Source: Macrostomum lignano (Eukaryota). From it: a DNA stretch of 51,001 bases. The stretch's first letter is position 1. The number at the start of each line of letters is the position of its first letter. The DNA is taken from contig NIVC01003657.1 of NCBI GenBank assembly GCA_002269645.1, positions 1-51,001 of the forward strand, read 5' to 3'. The position numbers and the translations under genes were made by a program. The notes beneath the pieces were generated by a model. It saw only the letters and a program-made list of their open reading frames with translations, was not told the DNA's origin and did no database searches. Below are positions 11,301 through 23,300 of this stretch, in pieces.

Positions 11301-14300
11301 TTTCTAATGTAAATATGAGACGGCACTTTGGTTTCAGGGACATTCTAGATCAATAGTTTAAATTGACGAAAGTTGTTTTGAATGCAGCTTTGGATTAACA
11401 TAGGACCATTCTTTCATTACTAGCTTTCGAGCAGCAAATCAATAATCATCATCTCCATTACCTGAACTTAGTTTGCAAGAAGATGCGAGTGATTCGCCGA
11501 GGTCCGTGCCGCCTGTTGAAGGAGGACGACGTCGTCAAGTACCGGCGCGTGTACTACGAGCTGTGGAAGCGAATTCGTGGAGATTGCAAGTGTAAACACA
11601 TTAAGCGGTCAAAGCTGGTCGCCTGTGGCTGCCGCGAGCCTCAAGTGCGCGTGTCAAAGTGCCCGTCTGGCTGTCCCACCACCAGCCGCAGCTGTCCCGA
11701 ACATTGCTATCGGACACGAGCGGTGGTTGAATACCACCTGGAAGATGGCAAATGCCATCCCGAGGAGAGAGACCAGCAGGATCTGCCCTGCTGCTGCGAG
11801 AAGCCGCGTAATAAGCCGCCAGTTTGCGAGAACGGGAAAATTTTGGCTATTCGAAAATATCACGTCCAGCTAGTGGCCAACGTGAGTTAGCACAAAATCG
11901 GCTTCTTTTCGTTTTATATAGTACAGATAGTGGCTATATAAGTTAGAAAACACCAGGAAGATTAGCAGCGTAGCCTTTCAGTGATCGCAAAGGCGCCCTG
12001 TATTTCCTAATTAAAAACAGGCCTGCAAAATCAAGAAGCACGTCGTTCGCAAAGACGTTACTCGACACTGCGATCTCACTGACGTGCGCCGAATGCGTCA
12101 CGGAGACGTTATCATAGTGAAGCGGCGCGTTGTGCGCAACTGCCGCTGCATTTGGCGCGAGAGGCGAACCAGCTGCCCGGCTCGGTGCCCTCCGCCCTCC
12201 AAATTTGTCAGGTGCGACGGAGCCACAGGCGAACGGGTGCTCATCAAGCGATTTTACAAGATGCATTCCTGCCACTGCCTACCAGTGAAGCGAATTCGCC
12301 GACTGCCAGTTGACTGTCCGGAGCCGCGCATTGAGCGCCGGAATTTTTGCTTTAGAGAGAATCCAGCTGTCATAATAAGGCGCATTAACTTCTATGTGGA
12401 CGGCGAATGCCACTGCAAAAGAAGGTCTCTGAGAAGAGATACCGGTGTGAAGGAGAGGGTAAGTTGCTTCGAATGCTATTCGGGAAATGTCGCTTCAGCA
12501 GTAAAGAACTCTCGCTATAGAGTATGGCAGCTTTTTAACTCTGCTTTTCGGAAGAGCTCTACTTATGTTACTTACAGGACAAAAAACAAACAATATTTTA
12601 TACAAAAGATTTTAGCGGTTTTATCTGTCTTAAACTTCAGAGTCAATCTTAGCTAACTTCCAAGGCCTTTTTAATGTTTTTAAACATGGCATCTTTTAGT
12701 GTGTGATCAACGCCCGTCCGTTAGACTCCACTGCCACGCCAACCGCTTGTACAATGTCGTGACTCTATTCAAGCGAGACGAGGAGGGCCGCTGCGCACCC
12801 CATGAGTTCAAACACAGAGTTGAGACCCCGCCCTGCACAGGTCACGGCAAGAGGAAGAAGGTTAAGAAATGTGTCAACGGAAAGCTGATCCTGCTTATTA
12901 ACTGGCTTGAAAGGCGACACTGCAAATGCCACACAAGATACAGGAAGAGCGTTATCGGATCCTGCAATAGCTGTAAGTAGAGAAATTGGGAACTGTAAAG
13001 TGTGAAAAAGCAAAATATTATATTAGGGTGCTTTATGATACTCTGGCATCATGATACTTTTGTTGTAAGTTTCGGTGTTGGATTTTGGAAATTTCAATTT
13101 TCACTCAGTCGATATTTTGATAGTTTTAACCAGCTCTCTCTATTCTTTAATTGCAACAGACTGCGAGCACAGAAACCGCGGTAAGAGCCTTCGGACCCGA
13201 CGCCGCTGCAATAAGCACACAAACGAACTAGTTGTCTACCGCCTGAAGTGGAACTTTGACGGCGATCACTGCGTGCGCAGATGGGTCGCCACTAACAAGC
13301 GGGTGGAACCAGACTGTCCAGGACCTCGGCTTCGACGACTGCCCTGCGACCACGAAACTGGCAAGCAGCGCCTAGAGAAATTGGTGTATCATATGCGCAA
13401 CTGCAAATGCCGCGGTCCAAAGCTCAAGGTGTCTTACAGGAAGTGCACTTGCCGCGGTCCCAAGGTGCTCGGCCGGTACTGCGACCATCGGCATGGCTGC
13501 ATTGTTGTTCGAATGCTGATTCATAAATGGAACTTCGAGATGGATGCGTGTCACACTAGACTCGTACGAAAATCGATTCCAGTTCGTAAGTGCAGCTTGA
13601 TGCGAGTTTTATTGATTTTATAGTTGTTTATAAATGCTTGATTTCTCAATTTTGAAATATTTATATACTAAATGTTCCTAAATCTGCTACTCTTTAGCAT
13701 GCAAACATCACATCCATTCGAGCCACGGCGCCTGCATCCACGGTCATATGCAGTATCGTCGCACTCGTTATGTCCGCGACCGGCACAACTGCCGCTGTCG
13801 AAAAAAGATCGAAAAGAAACTAGTCAACTGCCGTGAGTTTAAAAACTACAAAGCATGTTTTCACTTTGTAAATCATGTTATTAGAGGCCTAAAACCATAA
13901 AAAACGAATAACTCTTCAGACTGCCCCGTTGTTATTCGTCGGAAAAAGTGCAACGATAGACGGAGTGTTGCAGTTACAAGAATTGTTTACCGAAAGTTCA
14001 GTACAAAGAAGCGCCGCTGTGTTACTGTTAAGGTGAAGCGCCACCACCGAAAGTGTCGCTGCCCAAAGCCCAAGGAGGTGAAGAAGTGCGTCAACGGAAA
14101 GAGGCTTGTTAAAAGATTCAGTTATCGATTGGTGGAGGGCGAATGCGAGAGAGACAAATCCTCGGAAACGTTCAGCATAGGTCAATATTTTTATTTTGAA
14201 CTTCTGTCCTCATCTAAACAAAATAATAACAATTTTAACATAAATACTTCTAGTTTGCCGCAAGCCGCCGGTCGTTCGATCCACTAAATGCGACGAGAAC

Positions 14301-17300
14301 ACGTGCTTTCGAAAAATTCTTACTTATAAATGGAAAGTGAATCCGAAAAATTGTCGCTGCCAACTTCAATTAGTGCATCAGAAGACGTGCCGATGCTGCG
14401 GTAGGTTTAGAACTTTTTCTGTTTGCCACTTATCGTATTCACGTATGCTTTAAAACTCAATATTTGTCCAACTATCCACAGGATGCCCAAAGCACAAGCT
14501 TAGCCGGACTTGCATCAAAGGGAAGATCTGGAAATTTACAGTCGTTATTCACTCTCTGCGGATAAAGAAATGCTCGAAAACTTGTCGCAGACATGTGACG
14601 CATCGCACCGAGCGAGTTCGCTGTCCGCAAAAGAAACGCGTGCACTGGTCTCGCTGCCACCGGTGCCGTAGTAGGAAGATGGTGACGAAATTCCGCAGCA
14701 TTGGCTGCCGATGCCGCCGCCGATTATACAAAACTGACCACTTTAGGTCCTGCTGCTGTCACGGAGGGACCCGCGTGAAAAAGCTCTGCCAGCAGTCTAC
14801 TGGTCGTTGGGTTAGACATATTAGTAAGAAAAAGTTGTCAGGGCACAAGTGCGTGCGGCACACTAAAGTCAAATACCTGCCACGACCAGGTACAGTTAAG
14901 AGTTCTTTTATTTGTTAATAAAAGTTCGCAAGTAGATTTATAGTGAAATAATTTTGATTTAAATTTTCAGTTTGTCGTCTGCCTGAAACGCCTGTTACAT
15001 ACGGAGTTTGCAACAGGACCACGTGCCAGCAAACAGTAACAAAAGTCGTTAATGTTTTGAACAAGCACACCTGCAGTTGTCACATGGTTAGCAAGCCAGC
15101 AGGAACCAGAACCTGCTGCTGCTTGAATACAACGCCTGAAATAAAGATTAACTGTGTCAACAACAACATGAAGCAACGCGTTACAGTGGCTCCCGTGTTC
15201 GATGAAGCCACACATACGTGCACCACTAAAACCGAAATCGCTACTGAATTGGTGACTTGCGGAGATGGGGAAACTCGCTCTTCAGATCCGCCGTGCACTG
15301 GAGAGACCCGAACAATTGTTAGGACAAGATCTGTTGTTGTTAACTGCGTCTGCGTTAACCAGACTGTTGACACCAGAACAGAGATGTGCACTTGCCCATC
15401 CCCAACTAAATGGACAGTTCGCTGTGATGTCAACAGCGGAAAGCAAGTGCTTACAAGAACCGTTTATAATTTAGTAAACGGTTCTTGCTCTGCAGTCACT
15501 GAAACAAAGCTCCGTACTGTGTTCTGCAACCAGAAACCACAGGTTGTACCTGTGTGCAACAGAGACAGCTGTATTGAGACCGTGACAACAACAGTGACAC
15601 GACTTGATATGTCTACTTGTACTTGCGTTCCGGACAGAACGATATCTACAAGACAGTGCTGCTGCCCAACTACGACGCAGACACGAAACGAATGCATCGA
15701 CAATCAAATAAATACCATAACTACCAGGCAGACGCTTAATGCGGTAACTCGGACGTGCGAGTCATCCGACACCACCACCAGATCGGGAGAGGTGCCTTGT
15801 AAAAATGAGACCCGAGTTAATGGGCCCTGCGATCGGGCAACTAGGAAACGCAAAATTAAGGTTACTAGGCGAGAAATAATAAACTGCCAATGTCAAACCA
15901 CTGGCGTTTCAGTTGTTCGTGAGCTATGTGGTAAGCGGTGCGAAATTTATCGATATCGTCTGTGATGCACTTCAAAATTGTTTGAATAAATTTTGCCACC
16001 ACTTTACCGTTTCAGCTTGTCCACCAACGCGGAAGAATCAAGGGCAATGCGATCGCAAAACTTGCATGCGCCAAGTGACATTGGTTAAGTTTAATGCGGT
16101 AACATCGAATAATGGCACTCTGCACTGCGTCAAGACTATAAGTCACCGCCAGCAGCGCTGTTGTTGCACTCCATTGGGTCATAAGCGAGTTCGCGTGCAT
16201 GTGCAGTGTGACAGAGAAACAGGAAATATCTTGATAAATAAAGAATGGAGCAAGTTTGTTGCTTCTACAAAACAATGCCGAACTTTGCACAAGTCTTGGA
16301 TCAAAGAAGTTGGTGAGTAGGACTTTTAGAAATACTTTTAGCTATTATTTTTCTGTAGTTTTCTTATTTATTATACGAGCTTTTCTCGGACATTCTACCC
16401 GACTTTTTATTTCCAGATTGTACCAGAAAGTTTGATGGAGAAGGCCACCTAGAACACCGAGGTCGGTGCAATCATCGAACAGGACGAAGGAAGATAATAA
16501 TGAAGTGGTATACGCACGACACACGCAAGTGCCGATGTAAACTTCACGTCCGAAAGCACTACAGAATCTGCTCATGCAAGCACAAGCGTGGTATGAAGCA
16601 TAAATACTGCGACAAGGAAACAAATGAGCTGGTGTCTGTGCGGAAATTCTTTGTTCTTGAAGACGATCAGTGCATTCCTCAGGAATCTCAGAAAAGAAAG
16701 CAAATTGTTTGCGCGACAAATAGACAGGTTAAAGAGTCCTGCAACAATTGTGACAACGTAAAAGTAATCAGTTATTATGTGCTGTCTAACTGTAAGTGTC
16801 GGAAAAAAGAAATAGTTGAAAAGACGAAGTGTTGCTGTCCAGAAGAGAAGTTTTACCGGAAGTGCCATCTTGGTAAAATTAAAATCACTACCGTTAAGTT
16901 TCGTCTGAGCGAGGACAAAAGAAGTTGCGAACGCATCGAAAATCACAAATACAGGCGTGTCCGTGAGTGATGACAGATTTTTCGATCTAATTTAAATTCA
17001 TATACTTCATCTCTATTGTGGCACCAGTTAATTGACGTCCATTACAATTGGACTCCATCCATTTTGCAGGATGTTCCCGAAAGCACAAACTGAAGCGTGG
17101 AAAGTGCAACCATGAAACTTGTTGGGCGAAAGACAAGCTCTTTAAATTCTATGCACGAAAATGTCATTGCCACAAGCAAGTTCACGTCAAAAAACGACGC
17201 TGCTGCTGTCCAAAACCAAAGCTGCGCACCCGTTGCCGAGGTCGAGGCATCCTTATACACGAAAAAACAGTATATCACTTGCACGATGGTCATTGCGAAC

Positions 17301-20300
17301 CTCAGTTAAGCCGAAAGAGAGTCCGAGTTCACTGTCCGGAGCCCAAACATCTGGGGAAGTCACATTGTAGTAGAAGAACTGGTCGGCGTTCTATACAGTT
17401 TAAGGTATTTAAACTGCACAAATGTCGATGCGTGCCGAAGCTGCAGCGTCGGTTTGAAATATGCGCGTGTCCGAGGCCACGTGTCGTACGCCAGCATTGC
17501 AAAGATGGACGTCATCATAGAGCAGTATTCAAGATCTATTTTCACCGCTATGAAGGCAGTTGCAAAGCAAAGAAAAGGTTCATTTACAAGGAGCCGTGTC
17601 GTAAGTACAATTTTATGTTTTTACTTTCACATTCATTGCAAATTTAACAATTTACATTACTTTGAACCGTTGCTATTGTCTACAATTCGATTTATAGACT
17701 GTCCCCAGCCCAGTCACAAAACGTTCTGTGATTCAATGGATGGCCATACTCTAGTTAAACAGACTGAGAGCTTCCAGATGACGATGCGCCACGGTAGAAG
17801 AGAGTGCATACATTCGCATCACGAGAAACCGCACAGAGTCCATTGTCATAAGCGTTCTGTACATCGTGGAGGGTGTTATGATGGTCAGCGAAAGATTTCT
17901 ATCACTGAGTACAAAGTACGGCACTGCAGGTGCATTAAAAAACAGCACGTTCGATACATTCGATGTAGACGAAGACTTCATCATAGGCGGCAACGCCGGT
18001 GTCATGATGGACGCATAATTAAAATTGCCTCCGTCTACGATCCTGATTCAGGTGAAATGCGTGAGCAGCGTCACGTGAAGCGCGTTCTTTGCAGAGAGCG
18101 GCCTAGAGTTGTTCCCCTGTCTCGAGGCTGCAAACTTCGAGAGGAGGATGGAGGCTTTTATAGAAAAGTTGCCGTCATCAAGAGTGTCCTTTCTGGCTGC
18201 CACTGTAAGCAAAAGCGCCGAATATCTTGGAGACTATGCCGTTGCCATGGAAGCAAAACGCTACATCGTTGTATACATGATTTTATTGAACACCAGTACA
18301 CCGAAAAGCACCATCGTCACAATGGCCACTGTAGACGGAGGAGAGAGAGGCGAACCCGAGAGCATCGGTGTTCGAAGCGTCCAGTTGCAATCAGAAAGAG
18401 CCGTTGTGATCATCACAGCTGTAAACGCCGAGTTTTCCTGCGCCGTTGCTATTTGAAGCATTGTAGTTGTCGATGCAAGCAACGGGTTGGGTACGAAAAT
18501 TGTTGCACGCCTCCACCCGTTAAAAAACGATACTGCAAAGATGGTCGTTGGCACTACATAAAAACCCGTTTCCGAATGCACAAGGACCGGTTGATTGGCA
18601 AGGACTCGGACAGTGGAGACGAGTGGAGAAAAATGGAAGTTAACCCTCACACAAAGCGCTGGTCAAAACGTGTTGATTGTCCAGAGCCAGAGATTCGCCA
18701 GACATGCAATCGTGATACAGGAGTTCTTACAAAGCGCATAACTGTTTATCGCAACATTCATTGCAAATGCCGGCCTCGTATGCGCACCGTTCATTCCCGC
18801 TGCCAATGCCCACCTCCGAAAACCCGCGCTGGTCACTGCGTTCGCGGACGTCGCCGCCTAAGACACACCAACTACCGATTGGGCAAGAATGGACACTGTC
18901 ACAGGCACCATACAGTGAGCTGGAAGCCTTGCGGCTGCCCAAAGCCCAGGAAAAAATATCGTTGCCACCGTGGACAAATTCAGATTTGTACGACCGTCTT
19001 CAGAAAGCACAGAGCTTGTCGTCCCAAGCGCCAATGTCGGTCCAAGAAGGTCCACTGTCCACCCCCGAAAACAAAGCGTGGAAATTGTTCGCAAAAAACA
19101 AAAAAGTTCAAGATATCTCATATACGATACACTGTCAATCAAAAGACCTGCAAATGTGACCGACATGTTGTTGCACGTTTTGCCTTCTGCAGTAAGTTAG
19201 AAACAGTTTCTGAATTTTCTTATAGAAGTAATTACTGTACTAGACCTAACTTGAAAAATGACAGACATAAATGTTCTGCCCAATTAAATATAATGATTCG
19301 AACCTTTCGGTTTCAGCCTGTCATCACCTAAAGCGGAAACAGAAAAAGTGCCATGGAAATGTTTGGGTAACAGTCAAAATTAACTACCGTCTAAATCAGG
19401 GCGAATGCGTACCCGACGAATCAGTTAGCCACAAAGCCGTCAAATGTCGGCGCCAGCTTACAGAGCTAGTTCCTGGATCATGCGAGCGGCGGAAAGGCTT
19501 GTCATCAAGCGGTACACAAATTGCTCGAACGCTGACTTCTGTGCCTGTCAAATGCCATTGCAAGAATCGAGTCCGCACTCATCGGGTTCCATGCATTTGT
19601 CACTTGATTAAAAAGTACAAAACACAAAAAACAACGGTGTGTCACTCTGACAGATGGCTGGTTACAAAAGTGCTGCAGTACCGCTTGGTCAAAGGAAAAT
19701 GCAAGCCACGTAAGCATAAGAAGTCAAAGACTATTCGATGTCATGGCAGGAAAATAAAGCAAACAGCTTGCTTCAAAGACGATCTAGGCGACAGCTTTCA
19801 ATATGAGTTGACGTTGCACAAAAGGCCTCGCCACTGTCGCTGTCACTGGAAAATTGTCAGAAAGGTTCGCAAGAACTGCGGCTGTCGGCCACCAACATCA
19901 AGTCGGAGCTGCGTGAGTGACAACATGTGGGAGCAAACCGTGATAAAATACACCAAGCCGGATGTCCCAAGTGCCAACTGTGAGCCCCGCACTTCGATTT
20001 CAACACGGATGGTTAACTGCACCACGCCTCGTACGAAAATTCTTTCTTGTAACACTCATACTTGCTATGCTAAGGAAGTAACAATTCGATACAAACCCAA
20101 GTTGTGCCAGTAAGTACCAATAAATACCCGAAATAACTATTACTTTGATTAAAAACCTAATAATCTCTTCTTTTGGTTGTGAAAAGTCTAAAATAGTACT
20201 TTTTTCCCATTTTTTGCAGTTGTCATCCTGTGCGCTCGTATCGAAGTCTCCGTTGCTGCTGCCCGGCACCAGTAGTTAGTCCTGAACGATGCAATGCAAC

Positions 20301-23300
20301 TAGCAACCAGTTTGAGCAAGTCACATCGCGATACACCTTGATTAATAACACTTGTGTGTTGCAGCAGAATACAACTGTTAGAACAGTGACTTGTGACACA
20401 CGATCTGGAGAGACGAACACCTCCGTGTGCAACACAACGAGCAACAGACAAGTGGTTACTATTCGCGACGTTTCTATTGTCAACTGCCAGTGTGTCACAA
20501 CCACCAGAAGCCTCACACAACCATGCTCATGTCCTTTAAATGAAAGAGTGGAGAAAGGTCTGTGCAATGGAACTCAGAACTATACAACTGACAAGTACTA
20601 CAGGCAACAATACAACTCTACAACCAGACAGTGTCTTGAGGTTCTGTTCAACTCTGTCCAGCGCCCATGCCTATGCAATGCGGTGTCAGTGAGAATAACC
20701 TGTATAGGAAATACACTGCGGCGTGTAACACACAGCGAAGAGCTAGTAAACAATACATGTGTCAAAAGAGCATATATCACGGATAGGGAGATAACTTGCG
20801 CAGGAAATGGAACATCCACACAGACTAGAGATGGCTGTAATTCGGTGACGAGAACTCGGTAAATTAATTTTTTATTTATTAGCATAGTATATATATTTAA
20901 TACTAGTACCTTAAACTTCATGCCAAATACAACTCAACAACTTAGTTTCTTTCGATAAAACTTCTAGTACAATCACGAGAATAAACTACGTTGTCGAGAA
21001 CTGCACTTGTGTGGCACGTTCAACTCGTTCAAGCGAGATTTGCAACTGCTTCGAACTACACGGAGGAAGACACGACGAAAGCACGTGCCGAGCAGACAAT
21101 GTGACAATTCGTCATATAAGCTACTACTATGATGGTCCCGGGGGCGTCTGTTTGCAACGTAACTTTACTACTGAACAAAGAATAAAATGCAAAGGTAAGA
21201 AAGAGGTTCCTCAGGGCTGCAATCGAGATTCGCGCAAAGAGGAGATTAGGATATACCACCTGGTACCAATCGCCTGCAAATGCGAGTGGTCCGAGCAGCC
21301 TCCGCGCTACGAAGACTGCAAGTGCAAAAAATCGTACAGCAAAAAGATCTGTCACCACGACAAGCAAATAATCGTTACAACTTACTATAAACTGGTGAAT
21401 GGGAAATGTCAAAAGCGAAAATACAAGAGGGTCGTGCCAATTGATTGCGACAAGAAAGGTCGGAAGACTGGTATACATTATGGACGGTGCAGCGAGTTTA
21501 GCGGCACCCGTCGCGTTGTCAAGTACGTGACCCGCGTGCACGGCTGTCACTGTGTAACAAAGCGTATCCGCCAAAGATGTCCATGCCGCTGCCCAAATAG
21601 CCGCACTTGGAGTGCCTGCAAGGATAATAAGGTCGTTACTTTCCGGCTCACTTACCAGCTGCGGGGCTGCCGCTGTGTCAAGAATTTAAAGAACTATGAA
21701 AGTCGGACCGTTTGTAAAAAACGTCGGGTTGCGAGAACTGCCTGCATCAAAGGCCTAGATGGAGATGGACATCTTACAGTAAGAATTCCATATAATAACG
21801 CATGACTTTCGAGGAGTTAACCTGGAGTTTATCTTGGGTTACTCAAGTACATGATAGTATTTTAATTTCAGTTGTTTTAAACTAGTTTAAAAGTACACTT
21901 TGAACAGTACACTTGTATGAAAGCGTGTAGCAACGTTTTATTAAGTTAACTTATGAATTTACATAAATTGTTTCTAAACTGAAGATTTGTGCATCATTTT
22001 CAAAAAAATTCAAGGTCGTGCACAGTCGTGAGCAAAGCGTCAATTGTCGCTGTCAGCTTGAAAAACACGAGCATCAGGAGGCGTGCCTGTGCCAAGCCAG
22101 AGAGAGCAAGAACAGAGAGTGCCAGGGAAAGAAGCTGAGCATCGTCACCACTCGACGTCTGTTGATCCAAGGCACATGCCAGCGAGTGGTGGTCAAACTG
22201 GAAACTCAGGCAGTTACATGCCCTTTGCAGTCGGTCCGTCCTGTTTCTGCCTGCAATAAGCACGGCTATCGTCTGCTTGAAAGGACGACCTGGAAGGCTG
22301 AAGATTGCCATTGCAAACCGCACGTGCGACTCGAAAAGCAGCGTTGCAACAGAAGTAAGCTAGAAGTGAAGAATGAGCCCTTTATAATTTTTTGCTGGTC
22401 TAGCGAGCCATGTCGAATATACAAGCCATGTTTACCCCCCCCCCGGTCAACATTTTTTTAGAGTGCGACAAAGGTCCCAAGGTAGTCCGGGAATCAAAAT
22501 GTGACAAGGAGACGTGCACTAAGCGTCTGTATTATTACTATAAGAACCAGAAGTGCCACAGTCGCCATTTTGCCATAACTGCCAAGTGCTGTTGTCCTCC
22601 TTCGCATCACGGCAAACAAAAGTGCGTTGGAAAAGCATTCGAAGTACGTAACTTGTTCTACAAACTGCAGCATGGTGTTTGCGTCATGTCGGCAGTGAAG
22701 TATAGACAGGAAATCGGTGTGTATCGCCCAAACTTAACTTGCTATTTTTTACTTATCATATGAGCATATACACTAAACTTGAGACTTATTTACCTTCAGA
22801 CTGTCGAAGGCAAGAAATATTTGAAACAGCCACTTCTGCCAGTGGAGATACGATAATCCTAAAGACTTGGCATGCCGTAAAGGACTGTAAATGTCAAAAG
22901 TACAAGAAAAAATTGCTCTCGAAACACCGAGGTAAGAAATCAAAATGACTGAATTTAAAATGTTTCAATATTTTAAGGCAATCTCATTTCTACCTAACAG
23001 AATGTCGACAACCTGAAGTAAAGCATGAATGCGTGAGTGTCCCAGAGCAGCGGCTAGTGCAAACTGTTACACGATTCACCAAGCATTCGAAGCACGGTGA
23101 GTGCCAGAAATGTGAAGAGGTCATTGAAAAGCCGATCAATTGTCCTTTGAACATCGTGCATCGAGGTCCATGCCGGAAAGACTCGTCACGTAAAGCTTTC
23201 GTTCGAGTTGTACGGCGCATCTCCTTCCGAAAGGTGGATTGTCGTTGCGAGCCTAAAAAGTCAACACATCATGAGGTGTGCCGCTGTTTCCAGCCCAGAT

